This document shows, piece by piece, positions 1 through 14,560 of a stretch of 64,000 nt of DNA. The translations under genes were made by a program, and so were the position numbers. The stretch spans positions 41,540,001 to 41,604,000 of the forward strand of contig CM060731.1 in NCBI GenBank assembly GCA_030704615.1, given 5' to 3'. The notes below the pieces were generated by a model that was not told the DNA's origin, did not search any database, and saw nothing but the letters and a program-made list of their open reading frames with translations. Source of the DNA: Takakia lepidozioides (taxonomy: Eukaryota > Plantae > Bryophyta). Within the stretch, counting starts at the first letter, position 1. Each line of letters opens with the position of its first letter.

Positions 1-9
1 TCTGGATCT

Positions 10-1557
10 TTGATGTCTCTTGTAAAATGGCCTTTAACAAAAACACGACTTTTGGAAAGTGGGAGACTACTCTCAAATGATCTGGAGAATTTTATTAGAT
101 CCTCTGACAATATCTTGTACGAAGATCACGAGGCAGGTGTAAAGAAAGCGGCGTATCGGCATTTTACGAGAAAGAAGAGGGATCGAGATTTGGAACACTC
201 CAAAAAAAGAATGAAGAATCTTACTCTGGAGGAAGTCCGGTCCGTGAGCAGCAAACCTTGCTGCAGACTTCACTACTGTCAATATTTCGATTGGCGAAAA
301 ACCTTGGCTATCCGTACTTCATTTTGGGGATCCACTTTCGATGAGAGGAGAGAACATGGACTGAATGTTTCGAAACGACTTCACATGCTCGAAGGGACCT
401 CTCGCAGGGCATACGTTACGATTGAGGGTGTGGATGTATGTGAGACTGCTTGGTGGACAATTCATGGAATTGGCAAGTCCACATACATGGAGTACAAAAA
501 GTTGAGTAAACAGGGTTGGTTGTCAAGTCTCATTTTGTCAAGGGCTGTATTCTGGATGGAAAGGAGGCCTTGGTCGGGATTTCGGAGATGCACGTCTTCC
601 GTTTTTTTAAGGATGCGGAGGGCTGGCCTGTCATGAAGTACAAGAAGTCCGCTACTGATTCGGATTGGCTTCCAACAAACAATAGCGTGAAGATGTGGAA
701 GTCCAATCCTGACGGGACTCCGACGCTCCCTGAAGGAGACCCAGACGCCGTTCCAAGGAGACCTATCTGGGGAGTCGGGGATGACTCCTCCGAAAAACAG
801 TCATTCATTAAGAATGCAATAAAAAAATACAGGGATTTTTGGACGAAAGGAATGATGCTTGACGATCATTATAGAGGTCGAATGGAACAATACGACCAGT
901 ACTGGGGAAACATTCTTGCCGAGTTAGATAAGCCAATTCCAGAAGCTCCCGACCGTATTCAGCTTCTTGAGGGATTCTGGCCGAAAACAAATTGGTCCAA
1001 GAATCATCACAGAGATGGTCCATCCACATATATTGCCAGATGTGGAAGAAGAGGATGAAATCCTAGAACCTTACTGTGGCCCGAGGTGTAAGCGACCAAG
1101 AGTATCCCTGAATCCGTTCAAGGATATTGAGAAAGGGTTTTTTGTGCTCGTTCGCCTTTATGACCCAAGTACGTGCCCTGTCTGGATGGGGGTGGCAATA
1201 TCTGACGTAATCCGCGAAAGGGAAGATCCTAATTTTAAGAAGGTGAAGGTGGAGTGGTGGAGACCGAGAAAAGGTGGTAACCCAACAGACTTGGAAAGGT
1301 ACAGGGACTGTTGGTCAAAACTTTGGGAGTATAACTCGTCAGATCCTTCTCAATGGATCCACGTGAACAATGTTGTGTGGACAATGCCTCCACGAAAAAA
1401 TACGACAAGGAATAGCACTAAGAGAATTACTGCCGCCGAAGCAGTGAAGGCGCGCGTTAATTTGGAGGAGGCTAATCGTCAGTCAGAAAACGAGTCGTGC
1501 GAGCGAGTTCCAGACCAAGGACATATTGTTGAGGTCAACTCCAGTACTTCGATTTAA
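10..1557 (+). pseudogene. Internally deleted, frameshifted DNA-transposon ORF (Sola1/DUF7869-like transposase N- and C-terminal parts plus a C-terminal SH3/Tudor-like segment)
   Basis: ORFs 10-636, 516-1058 and 967-1557 overlap in successive frames. Motifs: CC..HYC and VCETAWWTIHGIGKSTY (N-terminal); LVGISEMHVFRF...KYK....DW (C-terminal); DIEKGFFVLV...PVWMGVA...VKVEWW. No catalytic core is visible between them. Family assignment is from recalled motifs. Confidence 0.5.
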
Positions 1558-2229
1558 GAAATAAATTTTTCTTCTCTATATGGCCCTTCTTGTTTGCGTT
1601 GGGGGATCCTTTTTGTTATCTTCTTATGTCGCACTGAACCTCGAATGTCCAGTGGACGTTCTTGTCCTTTGTTTCTGGTTTGCTGGATGCTGGATTGCTG
1701 TACGTCATAGTCAACAAAGATGACCCTGTGGGGGAGTTTCGCCTACATAACATATAGATCACAAGAACAAAATGGGCGGGCACGACCACTGGAGTCTTCA
1801 AATTCGGTCAAAGAGGTTTTTAACAACGGAAGAAAATAGCCCATTTCCAGTCCTTCTCTGAAACATTGGACTTGCTTTTCACATAACCAATTCTCCCACT
1901 GAAGCCTCCCACTAGGATCGTTGTTGACATACAGTTTTTCAATTTGCCAGTCCTCAAGTTTTTTCTATGAGGTTTTCCTCCATTTTCCCTCTAAGCTCTA
2001 CGACTTTTTTGCACCAAATTTTCATTTCATTTCATTTTCATACTTCTCATCTTTGGCCCTGGTTTAAGAGGGACCTTTTCCGTTGTTCAAATTTTAAGCA
2101 ATTTTTATTTCTCATAGTTTTTATTTGGTGGTCTGACTTTTTATCCTCTCTCATGTTTTCTTCAGATCCATTTTCTCCCATGAGATCCAGGCGCTTCCCA
2201 AAAGTCGTTATATAACGCCATTTTCTTTC

Positions 2230-3850
2230 CAAATCTATTCATACCATAACCATAGCAATAACCATATCCATTATGGTTATTGAAATGTCTTCTCCCTTCA
2301 CATTTGCGCTAGCTTTTTTCTTTGTTTTGGATTGACATGCATTTAGGCATGTTACAGTTTGCTTTCTATGTTACATCTTAATACTAGGTCCAGGTTCCAA
2401 CGACGAGTCTTTCATTTAAATACTTGTCCATATTATTAGGGTTTTTTTTTTTTTTTGCTTACTAGTACCCTACTAACAACACTAAGTTCTAGCGAAGTCT
2501 GGAGTTTTCCATAAGACTTAGTGTTTGTCTATTTTGTAACTTAAACAAAAACCCTAAACCCTTACCCTAAACCCTTACTAGAAAACCCTAAACATTTACC
2601 CTTAACCCAATACCCCAGAACTCTTTCCCTTCCCTTTGCAAATGGGAATCAACTATCCATACCATAATTATAACCATTTTGGTTATCCAAATCTCTTCAA
2701 TGTAACGGAATTTCCATTTTGTACCATACTAACACACACTAAGTTGTAGCGAGTGCGAGTCTTCCGGCATGTATGCTCACCATTTCTGCCTTCAACCCAA
2801 GCCCTAAACCCTTGTCGAAAACCTTAAGGAAAACCCTACGCCATTGTTACGTCTAAACCCTTACCCTTCCCCTACAACTGGGAATGAAGTATCCATACCA
2901 TAACCATAATTATTTATGGTTATTCAAATCTCTTCGCCCTTCACCTTGCACAAGGTTTTGCCTTTGGTTTGGATTGACATGCACTTACCTTTTTTTTTAT
3001 CAAACTTTGTTTTCTATGTATCTTAATACCAGGTTCCAAGGACGAGTCTTTCATTTAAATACTTGTCCGATGCAATGACTACACTTCCATAATATTAGGT
3101 TCTTCATTTTTATTTTGCTTAGTACTACCTTACTAACAACACTAAGTTATAGCGAGTGTGAATCTTCCGGCATGTATGCTCATCATTTCTGCCTTCAACC
3201 CAAACCCTAAACCCTCGTCGGGAACCCTAAACAAAACCCTACGTCATTGTTACGTCTAAACCCTTACCCTTCCCTTGCAAATGAGAATGAAGTATCCATA
3301 CCTCTTAATACCAGGTTCCAAGGACGAATCCTCAATCTAAATACTTCTCCGGCCCAATGACTCTTCCATAATATTTGTTTCTCCATTTTTTATTTTATTT
3401 TTTATCCTTCTAACACACACCAAGTTCTAGCGACTGTGAGTCTTCCATATTTGTTTGTCCAATAGTGTTCTTAAACCCAAACCGAAAACCCTATCTTTAC
3501 CATCACCCCTAAACCATTAATCTTACCATAAACCAATAACTTTAGTGTACTACCCTAGTTACACTCTAAACCTTATTGTACTACCATGTTACATCTTCTC
3601 AATGTTTCATGCTCTTTTAATATTTTCTTTTGTTGGATAAGGTATGATAGAATGATTACAGGGATATCAAATTCCTCAACCATTTCTACTGAGTGTGAGT
3701 CCATCATATTTGTTTGTCTTTTTGTACCCTAAACCCTTACCCTTACTGTAAACCCAAACCTTATTACACTTCTCTCTAGTTACACCCCAAACCTTATTGT
3801 ACTACCCTAGTACCTCTTCCGAATGTTTCATGCTATTTTAATATTTTACT
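2230..3850. repeat. AT-rich degenerate repeat block with telomere-like AAACCCT motifs, probably non-coding transposon sequence
   Basis: Recurring segments: ataccataaccata (2241, 2660, 2895), caggttccaa(c/g)gacgagtctttcatttaaatacttgtcc (about 2390, 3030, 3312), taacaacactaag..tagcga (about 2474, 3135), and many aaaccctaaaccct. Confidence 0.6.
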
Positions 3851-4690
3851 GCCCTTGTCACATCCAAAACATGATTCATTCCAATGGCGTGGTATGTGAA
3901 CATTGTGCTTCATATGAAGATTCAATCAATAAAATTACTAGCAAGTTGTATCGAGTATGGTACAGTACGAGTTTGGCCCATGTTCGATGCGACCCATTTG
4001 TTTATCATGATGACCTGCAATGGAATATTACTTTATTCGACTTCCAAGTGGACGTTCAATGAATTGTTCAATACTGCTACTTCACATTGAGCACTTCAAT
4101 GTCAAATGGACCTCTTCTATGACACATTTTGAAACAAGTATGACATCACCTGAAATTTCACAAAGTTCAGTCACACATTACACCATGATATTATTAATAT
4201 TTCAATTAAATTTAATACAAATATATATTAAGTTTAGTCCGGATTTAAGCCAAAAGTCCAAAATTAATTAAAATATGGTTTCACATTAATAAACAAAAAT
4301 TGGTTGATAGTGTGAATGCGTCATTGGGGGGGCAAATGATTTTGTTTGGGTTTGAAACTTTGCATGCGTGTACGTTGCGCACATACATGTAATTATTGAA
4401 TGACATATTTGATGCACATACACACTGAAGGTTGTTGTTTGCATTTCGCTTATAATGAGTGTATGGTTGCAAGGACACATTATAATATATGTCCCTATGT
4501 TCATTTGTTCGTATCAGGACTTTGTCCATTCCTTCCCGGTCTTTTCTCTTGACACCCCATCTGAAAACAACCCAAGTACATCAGGCGGGAGCCGTGGGCG
4601 AGACGCCGCCCCCACGGTACCGGACGATGATGACGATGACAGTGATAGTGACAGTGACAACAACAATGAGCATGGAATTAACCAGGAGAT

Positions 4691-7600
4691 GTGCAAGCCA
4701 TGGAGGATATCTTAATGCATCATGTGGGCGCTGATGCATCCCATGAAGAGGGAACCCGACCAATCGATGATCCTGAAATGGCCCCCTCAAATGACATGGA
4801 GAGGGAGGCGAGAACTCCCTTGTACGAAGGGGCGAAAGTGAGTCGACTTTCAACAATCTTACTTTTATTCAATCTTCAAATTCGATTTGGTATAAGTAAT
4901 GTTGGGATGTCTGCCATAATGCGAACTATTGCAGACTATATCCTTGTTCCACACTTGAAACCCAAGATGCCACGGTCGCGGAAAGAGGCGCGCGAAGTCT
5001 TGGACTCTGTGGGGATGGGCTATAAGATTTTTCATGCATGTCCATGTGATAAAACCCTATACTACGGAGAGGATTCACATCTCACCAAGTGCCCAAAGTG
5101 CAAGAAAGACCGATATCGGGATGATGTCCAAGGGAAAAAAGTATCACGCAAGGTATAAGCGCCATTCCCCCTCGCATGGAGATTTCTTTAATCTTCTCAA
5201 TGTATGTAAAGTGTATTCCACAAAGTTTAGGGTTTAGAGAGTAATACTCATGCAAGATCTGATTGTGGTTTTGGAAGAAGTGAGTGAGGAGTGGAAGGAG
5301 CGACGTTTGGTTTTGACCATTCACACCCAAATGAGGGAGAGGCTGCATAAAAGGAAAGGCATAAGGGTGTTGTATTATGTGTGCTACTGGGATGATTACA
5401 TGTGGGGGGCGTGGGGTATTTCATCCTAGAAAATGCATTACTTTCCGATCATCTCGCGATTGAGGGCACAGTACCAAAGCCCCGAATTGGCCAGATTCAT
5501 GAGATGGCACGCCTCGCATCGGAGCCCCCCGGGAAAGGTGTGCGGGCCACAAGATTCACAAGCATGGAGGCATATTGAAGAGATGTGGCCTTTTCTCTTG
5601 GAGGACCCACGACATGTCCACCTCGGCTTCTCATCGGATGGGGTCAACCCATTCTCTGTCCAGTCATGTAGTCATTCCACTTGGCCGGTGACCATGGTGA
5701 ATTACAACATCCCTCCGTGTCTTTCAATTAAAAAAGATCATATCATGTTGACTGCCATTGTGCCAGGTGAGTGTACTCATTTCATGTTTATTATTGCCTT
5801 CGACTTTACATTAAACTTCTGATCTTTGATGCAATTCGGATGCAAGATTGATGAGTGACATAATCATGAAGTAAGACGTGTAATTCATTTTGTAGTATAA
5901 TCTGCATATTGGTGGAGCATTGAAACAATGATGTGAATGTCTCATAGGGAAAAAACAAGTGGCAAACATGGACACGTACTTATGACCTCTTGTTGATGAA
6001 CTTAAAGAGCTATGGAGGGGGGTCCCGACATTGGATGCCTCACTTGACCTTATGGCCGGACAATCTTTTCAGATGAGAGGCATCTTGCTTTGGACAATGC
6101 ATGATTATCCAGGTATATTATGTTTCCCATGAACAACCCGCGTACATTCACTTGTCAATGCCGGATAATATCGATGAAAATTGGGATTGATTGAAGTAGC
6201 GGCGACAGTCTTGTGCATCGTAGTGGGGTAGATGGCATTATGAGCCATGCACATGACAACTTTTTGTTTTTGCTAATGTGGCGGGATGTGTAGTACAAGA
6301 CTAACTGTTTGCTCGGGGCTAAGCACCAAAGGGTACCATGCATGCTTGCATTGTGACGATGATCTTGATGCACATAGCTCCCGTCATCTTCACAAGATGG
6401 TGTATCCCAACTACCGCAAATTTCTTCATATGAGCCATCGATGGAGAAGAAGAGAGAAACACTTGTTTGATGGCAAAGAGGAAGTACGTCCCCCCCCCTA
6501 TGACACCGTCCGGACAGTATTGGGAGAACCGGGCACGAACGGTGAAGTGGACGTGCCCGGCATGAAACGACTTTCAATCTTCTACGAGTTGCTATATTGG
6601 GCGGTACATATTCCACAAAAACACCGTCAATATCCCTATGCATGCATGTGATATTCCACATTTGGTATGCATTGCATGCATTGTCACTTTCACGTAAAAA
6701 AAATTTGTGTAAGTCTTTGTAGGTGGGGATATATGTAGGATTTGAAGATTTGCCATCTTCTAGATCCCATGCATATTGAGAAGAATGTCTGCTCGTCCCT
6801 TTTTCGGGTTTTTCATGGCACGCCGGCAAAGAAGGGAGCGGCTGCAAAAGGAGATTCTCTCGGTGTTAGAAAGGAGCTTGAGGAGCAGGGTCGTATGCGC
6901 CATCTATGGGCTGAACAAAATGGTGTGGACCCAAAGGGTGTTGTACGGTGGAAGTATAGGCGCGCACCTTGGCAATGGACAGAGGAGGAATACAAGAAAG
7001 TGATAGCCACCATAAGTGCTGTCCGAACACCAACTGGTTATGGGTCATCCCTCCGTACGAAGTTCAGCGAAGAAGACGGGGTCCATGGTTTGAAGTCTCA
7101 TGACTACCACAATCTATTGCAAGACATCTTGCCCATTGCAGTACGTGGGACATTGACTCTCGAGGTTCATGAGATAATCTATAGATTGGGAGGCTTGTTC
7201 CAGTGGATTTGCTCCAAAGAGTTGGAAGAAGCAGATTTTCCACGCATGAAGAAGGAGGCGACAGAGGTAATATGTATGTTGGAGATGCACATTCCTCCCT
7301 CCTTCTTTGACATCCAAGTGTACTTGGTAGTGCACTTAGTGGAAGAGGCTTCAATTGCCGGCCCCGTTCATTCTCGGTGGATGTACTTCCTTGAGCGTTA
7401 TATGAAGATTTTGAAAGGATTTGTAAGACAAATGACGCACCCGGAGGGTAGCATGGCGGAGGGGTATACGTTGCAAGAAGCTATGTTCTATTGCACGGAG
7501 TACATGGCAAGGGTGGATGAGGAAGCCCCTCGGATGTGGAAGGAAGAGGAGGATGCACGAACCAATGACATCGTTTTGCCCAAAAAATCGAAGAGGGTAA

Positions 7601-8712
7601 AATTGCCGACCTTGGTGATTGAGCAAGCGCATGACTTCATACTGAAGAACACCCCATCTATACATGAGTGGGAGACAAGATACAATAATCTTGTTCAGCA
7701 ACGAGAGGAGGAGACGTTTGCATGGAGGCGGAACCTTCCAAGGCCGGTTACTAGACGCCCACGACAAAGAGCGGGCCGCCGGAATGTTCCTTCACAAAAT
7801 TTGCCCATGGAATTGCAGCCTCTAAGTTGATTCCAACAGTGGCTTTGGATTTCAGGTTATGACGCCGTTGCTCAAGGAGAGGTGGTTTCAGATTTGGTGC
7901 AAGACATTGTAAGGGGCCCCTCTCAATTCACGACCTCATACACGACGGTTTGGGTTCACTGTCGTCATTTTCGCATTCGTGCTCTCGACATGAAGCGCAA
8001 AACAACCTTTGATTCTGGCTTGTGTGCCACATATTGGCAAGACTCCGTGTGGGGCAAGGGAGATACACGACCTGCTATGAGCAAACTTGAGTACATTGGA
8101 GAGCTTGAGAGCATACTCTAACTTCAGTATACAAGGTACCGGCCTCTTCTCTTCAAGGGAAGGTGGTTCCAGCCACATCTTGTGGGGCCCTCCGCAACAC
8201 TAGTGCAAGATGATTGTGGTTTCACACGCGTCAATGCAGATAGGCTCAACCCTACTCATCATCCCTCCGATGAGCCTTTTTCACGGCCTTCAGACATGGA
8301 GCAAGTTTTCTTCTCTGATGATAAAACAAGAGGGGGGAATTGGAAGGTGGTTGTGCATGCTCAGCCAAGAGGAAGACGTATCTATCATGGTCTCGGATCT
8401 TCATTGGGTGAGGTAATTACGGTGGACGGAGAGACTGGTCATAATGATGCTGATGATGGAGGTTGGGTAGAGGGGGTAGAAGAGGATGATGACGCCCCGG
8501 ACAATGCATCATGTACCCTATATGATGAAGCTCTAGAAGATACGGATGTTGAAGAAGGAGATGAAGACTCGGCCATTGACAACAAGGTAGAGGATGATTC
8601 GGAGGTACCTTTTGAGGGCCGAGCCATTTATGACGATGACTCTAATGACCAAGAAGACTTGCAGCTTGATGAGGATGAAGAGACTCCGGATGATGACGTT
8701 CAAGTTGATTAG
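4691..8712 (+). pseudogene. CACTA (En/Spm) TnpD-like transposase, multi-exon, with premature stops
   Basis: Motifs HACPCDK..CPKC...RY; YFPIISRL..MRWH; AWRHI..DPRHVHLGFSSDGVNPF..HSTWPV; LLWTMHDYP; LDPMHIEKNV; GLKSHDYH; GPVHSRWMYFLERYMK.LK..V....PEGSMAEGY; DEPF...QVFF..D...W.VV. These correspond to the Transposase_21/DUF4218/DUF4216-type regions. GT-AG introns lie between the ORFs. Confidence 0.9.
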
Positions 8713-9049
8713 ACACAAAATCAAAGCTACATAACAATTCTCGCACCGAACTGGACCCATCCCTTCGATTGATTGTACATGTACATGCATATTGTACTTT
8801 ATTTCTATGATTCATCAAATATGGCTGTGGCTGGTAGTCTTTCAAGAAAGAAGGCAGAGGCAATGAATATGTTGGAGCAACACATACAGATGTGGTATCA
8901 AGAGAATTATCAAAATGAATGTCACAATCTACAAGAAGGTCCACAACAACAAGCTAAACCATAAAGAAAAACAAACACCCTACCCCAGTACCATATGAAG
9001 AAAAAAAAAAACTAAGAACCCCCAAAGGCCCTAAACCTAAACCTAGAAA

Positions 9050-9554
9050 GCCCTGCCGTCGCTGCCTGCGACCCCCACGCGTCACCACCTGCGACGCGGT
9101 TTTTAGGCCAGGGGTCGCAAATGGTGACGGCCAACCGTCGCCATCTGCGACCTGTTTTTTTGAATGGATTTATGAGGCCGGGGGTCGCACACGGCAACGG
9201 CCAGCCGTTGCACACTATGATCCGTTTTTTTTTTTTTTTTTTTGCAAGAATAGGGCAGCCGGGCGGTTTGCGACGCCCGGCTGTCGCAGGGGCCTTTTGC
9301 CCTTCATGCCACCATGCAACGGCCTGGCGTCGCAAGAAAGGGCTGCGATGAAAGAAGGGTTTTTTTTTTTCCGGCGTGCGACGAGCGGCCGTCGTCTGAA
9401 AGGGCTGCCTTTTGCCCTTCGCTGGGGGCGACGCTTGGGCGTCGCACGGAAGGGCTGCCATTTGCCCTTCATCACTCCGTGCGACGGCCAGGTGGCGGCC
9501 CGCGGGGCGTGGGGGCGCGGCTGGCGTCGCAAAACCCCCCCATTTGCTGTAGTG
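9050..9554 (+). mobile_element. Right end of the CACTA element: GC-rich subterminal GCGAC/GTCGC repeats and terminal inverted repeat
   Basis: ccccccatttgctgtagtg ends at 9554 (reverse complement CACTACAGCAAATGGGGGG). It is preceded by dense direct and inverted gcgac/gtcgc motifs, directly downstream of the TnpD gene. No left TIR was found in the window. Confidence 0.8.
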
Positions 9555-9647
9555 CCTGTGCAGGCTGGCTTTCCCCCGTTTTTTTTTTTTTTTTTTTTTT
9601 TTTTCTGCATTCACATTTGTGTTTTCCCACAACAGATTCAGACCACT

Positions 9648-10418
9648 ATTAAGGTGTCGTCAGCGATGCCTTACTATGACTCTTCCTCCCTGCTTCTAAA
9701 TACGCCCACCTATTGAAAAGTACACTTCATATGCTTCAAAGTATATACCACATTCGAAATAATATCATAGATCAAGCTGTCGTCTGTCGTCACACTCTGG
9801 ACCCATGAGAGTGTTCCTCTCCAATTCAAAGTAAGCATCAATGTGTATTTGACAGGACAGAATAAGGTGTCGTCAACGATGCCTTAATCTGCCTCCTTAT
9901 TTATGTTTAAAACACTCATTCAATATGACTACTCTCCACACCCCATCCTTTTCCTCTATGAATCGAAGTCCTGTTTATACACTCCAGATTAAGGTATTGT
10001 CAACGATGCCTTAATTCGCATCTTTATTTATGTTCTAGACATCCCTCAAAGTGCAGATTACCCACCACTAATCCTGTTCAGATTTGCTTCAAAGTATGCC
10101 TGAAAAGTGTATTTGACAGGCCAAATTAAGGTGTTGTCAACGATGCCATAATCTGCCTCATTGTTTATGTTTAAAACAGCCCTCCAATGAGCATATTCTC
10201 AACCCCTGATCGTGTTCATCTCTGTTTCATAGTGTCTCCAGAAACAGATTTTACACTCCAGATTAAGGTATCGTCAACGAAGTCTCCTCCTTGTTTATAT
10301 GTAAAACAGCCCTTCAATGAGCATATTCTCCACCCCAGATCGTGTTCCTCTCTGTTTCATAGTACCCCAGAAACAGATTTTACACTCCAGATTAAGGTAT
10401 CGTCAACGATGCCTGAAT
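9648..10418. repeat. Left array of six 28-bp near-palindromic motifs (ATTAAGGTGTCGTCAACGATGCCTTAAT)
   Basis: Copies at about 9648, 9861, 9988, 10125, 10262 (partial) and 10391. Confidence 0.85.
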
Positions 10419-11059
10419 TGGCATCCCTCAAAGTGCAGACTACCTCTGCCTCGCCGACGTGTAGTAAAGAGACTTACTACGCGACCTCTTCTTTGCAGAA
10501 ACAATGATGTTCTTGGGGGGCTCTAGTGTGAATAGTTCGAAATGACACTTACGGGACACTCATCTTCCAACACTCCATTAGGGTCCAGGAAACGGATGGA
10601 TGGACGGCGGTTGGGGTTTCATCTCCGAAATCATCCATTTGGGATTTTCCCATAAAACAGAAACGACTCTTTATTGACTTGTTCGAATTGCGGCTGGGGG
10701 GGTTGTCTGGTGTGCAACTTGGTGATGGCCAATTGGCATGGACCATCATTGCCGGTCTGGGCCCTGTAAGTGGAACCTCTATATGGAGACCACGTACCCG
10801 TGGGTGTCAGATGGTGTTTGACCTACATAGGGGTCGTTACGGAATGGGCTGCGGGTTTGTCCGTGGGAAATATGTCATTGTCAGAAAATTGAACGCACCC
10901 TCGTAATTCTTAATACTGCTTAGTTGTTTCTATGGCGGCGAAATGCTGCATGATTACCATGAGAATGATGGAAAGGACAAAGTACATTGTGCGAAGATAA
11001 ACAGTATGAACACATAAGAGGAGTCGCCCCACATTGTCCAGTGTGCTTCACCCCAGTCC

Positions 11060-14000
11060 ATGCACATAATGTCTCCCACCTCAAACGTGGTAATACTGTA
11101 CTCCCCTCTGCAAGCCAAGTACCTGAGCGTCGTGGCCGACGACAATGGACTGGCCGTTGTTGAGGAGGATTTGATTTGCATAACATTCCGCTTTGAGCCA
11201 GGGACCGTCCATGTGGTCAGAGAGGTGTACGATAGTAGTGGGAAGGTCGAGGGAACACATGTTCAAAAGCCGCATAAATGGGATGGTCGAAGAGAGTGGA
11301 GAGTTCCACCCGCCAAGTACCGCGCTCATGGAGATCAGATACGCCTTTCATCGGACACTATACTCACGCCCGGAATAGCAGCTTCGGTGGCGCAGGCGCC
11401 AAAATCGGTCCCCATCAAGACAGAAGAAACTACCTCCACGACATTTGTCGACCTCTCGGACAGTTCAGAAGACGAAGTCACAGAGGTCCCTCTTCCTACG
11501 AACCCTCCTATACTGGTAGACCCCGATGTCCAGGAGATCATTAGTGTCATTCCCAAGTTGCAGTCGTTGAGAGGGTTGCCAGGATGCAAGAGCGATGTGA
11601 GAGGCATTGTTTGGAAAACACAGCGGATCCAAAGAGCAAAATTTCTACCCGCTGATTTTGATGGAGACATCGTTTTTGAACTGCCACCTCCGACGTCATG
11701 TGGAGGTTTGGCTGGACTCATGGCGAGCATGGACAAGAAACACGATGGACACCCATGGTGTCGGACTAAAACTTCCAACATCTGTAATCCGCATGGCTTG
11801 AAGTTTCGGAGATCCATTTGCGCTGGGCACTTGCGTTGTGTAAATTCGGATTGCTAGCATTTCCAAATGGCCGGTGTGGAAAACGAGACGGAGTGGGAGG
11901 GAGTCTGCGACAACCCATTTCAAGTAGGGTGTGCTCCTCCAAAGAGCAGTTCCGTCGTTTGCAAGTTTTGTAAAGTCGTGCCACAGTGCATGGCGGAATG
12001 CAATGCATGGATGTACTACATGCTGCACCGTATCAACCACCTCACACGGGCTTGTATCCATTTGGGCACCCATGCACATCCAGTGTCGCAAGGAGATTGC
12101 AGGGAGAGTGTTGACACAGTGTGTTCGCTGCTTCAGCAAGAATTTCAAAATGCTCTCACTGCATCACCGTCAACCATTGCTATGGCAGCAAGCAAAGGCT
12201 TCATGCAGAAACATCTGTTGGGGGAGTCGGACGAGACAACGACTAAGTTTGATAGTGCATCGCTTGACTTTGTGATGGACCATTTCTCTACATTGGCTTC
12301 TCCAAATGCTCGTTATCAAATCAACGTCCTTAGGACTGGGGCAGGCAACAAATGATACGTAGATAACATCCTAGAATTGAAGCGTAGAAGTCGATACGAC
12401 TTCATCCAGGACAGTGTTTTCCCAGGACAGGGGTCCCAAAAAGTGTACTTGTTCAAGATGTCCACAGTTGCGGAGGGTTCTAGAATTAGCCTGGTGCGTA
12501 GAAGGCAGGCCCGGGGTGATCTTCATAAGTCCTGGGTAATGTTTGATCACGTGAAGCGAGTGAAGGATTGGACGACCATGGCCTGTCATGTGTATGATCC
12601 TACGTACCAGCGAGTTATGACTATTGTTGTTTGTGACATGCAGTCGGAGGACACAGAGTCCCAAATTCGTATGTGGAAGGCTCTAGTTAACGTCATGAGA
12701 GTTCATGGTTTGCCAGATGCAAATTTCACAGGGTTCATTGCAGCACAATGCACAAGCTAATTGGAATGTTGTGCGGACTGTGTTTGGCTCTGGTGACCCG
12801 AAAATACCAATGCAAGGCCGGGAACGCACTTGCCTCTTTCATTGGACCCAGTCCCTTCGACGGCACACACAAAATTCCATAAAATTGGAGTTGCAAGAGG
12901 AGCAACTGCGACTATGCAGTCTATACAAAGATGCCACCTCATAAAGAGAAGCAAATGCCATGTTTCAGACTATGAGAGCATGGTGGTACTCCTCTGAGGC
13001 GGCGAGTCTGGAGGGGATCAAAGAGCTAGAAGACTGGTTGGGCTTTTGGTTGGGCTTTGGCACTTCAGATACAGACAGTGGGATGCCTTCATGACCGCTG
13101 TATGTTAGACTCATACTACCATGATTTTCAATTCTTCTTATATATATGGGGGTGTGCACCAGCGGCCTTGCTGTCCAGTCCAGTCCAGTTGAATGCTACT
13201 CCACATAACAGTGGCATGTGTGTGGCATTTACCTGCAGATATATCACTGGAAGACATTGCGGATATGCCATCCTGCAATCTCGCGGAGACTGTTCATAGC
13301 ATGTGGATGGCGCAATCTGGTAAGAACGGCCGGAACCTTTACGTTGCAACTGCAGATGACCTTATCCGCGCTCTTTCGCAACAAACAAAGTACCGAGACT
13401 TCCTCAGGGGACGGGGTGCTGGTAAGGGGCCAGACAGGGCAGAGTTGCTGCTCAGGGCTGATAACAGATGCAAGCATCCTGCAAAAATGGCGCAGGCTGT
13501 TAACGAGTACACGATTGGAACACCTTTGCAGTCCAGGCTCCCACATTTGGAAGGTGAGGAGAGATTCGGATCATGCAAGCGCAAACTGGACACCCCTCCA
13601 GGATCGGCGGGTGACTCCCATCGACATGATAAAGATAATTTCTCCATACCTCGTGTGCCTGTGCCACCCAATTTTGGATGTACTACTCCATCTGTGGATG
13701 CAGGTTGTTCTGCAGATTTCGATGCAACATATGCCACAGCTCCGGCACGGGGAGAAGGACGGACGCTGCTGCCGGTTGAGGAAACCGATTGTGGTGATGC
13801 AATGTGGCACATAGAACGGATTCCGAAAGGATCAAAAGTTGGTTTTCTGCTATCAGGGCACTATCTTTTGTGAAGTGCACAAGTAAAATTTGCAGAGGCA
13901 CTGGCGGGACTCCAGCACCGACATTCATAGGTTTGTTCAAATATTACTCAACGCGGGAGTCTAGACCTCACAAGTTCTGGTTCTGCCCCGATGACATTCA

Positions 14001-14560
14001 ACGTTGTGTGATGGGGACTTGTCGGGATTTAGTCATCAGCAAGCCTACCATCCCTGTCGTCTGGCCAGTCAAGGTCGGAACATCTCTCTCCAAACAAGAG
14101 ATTGACATGCTGGAGGATGCAGGGTTTTGACTTTCAAGAGGCCCAACAGTCCTAACACCAATATTATCTCGTGGTACGCCATCCGCATTCCCTGCACGTC
14201 CACCACATGGGAACGACTGGCCAACGAAAAGGAATGGAAAACCGGTTCGTCGTGTTGAGGCAGGTGCAGATAACCAGTGCAAAATTGAGTTTGCGAGAAC
14301 CCTGCAGTGTTGGGTTACCCAAATTGTGAATGTCCCCCCTCCAGGCTATGGGTGGGTGTACAGTATGGTGACTTCGGGATCGGTTCTTCATGATAGGACT
14401 TATGAGATTACTATTGGGAATTTTCCTAATTGCACATGCCCGGACTTCGACAACACGATAAATATTAAACAGCTCCATTAGAAAGAGAGGTAAATTTGTT
14501 CCATGCAAACATCTTTACTACATCTACATTCACAGGATGTTTTGTGATCCTCAACGAGAC
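11060..14560 (+). pseudogene. Mutator-like (MULE) transposase with N-terminal WRKY/GCM-type Zn finger and C-terminal SWIM finger, degraded
   Basis: CKFC...C.A......CIHLGTHAHP; WVMFDHVKR; F.GF...AQANWN..R.VF...ERTCLFHW.QS (MULE CxxH); CNLAETVH; SWIM-type YEITIGNFPNCTCPDF...PCKHLYYI near 14400-14525. Stops and frameshifts throughout. Confidence 0.7.

Noticed and set aside
2540-3800. Interstitial telomere
   Set aside because: The AAACCCT motifs are scattered singles or doubles, not a tandem array.
9012-9716. ORFs over the GC-rich CACTA end, over 51671-52211, and antisense to TE genes
   Set aside because: These are artifacts of low-complexity or GC-rich sequence, or shadows of real frames.
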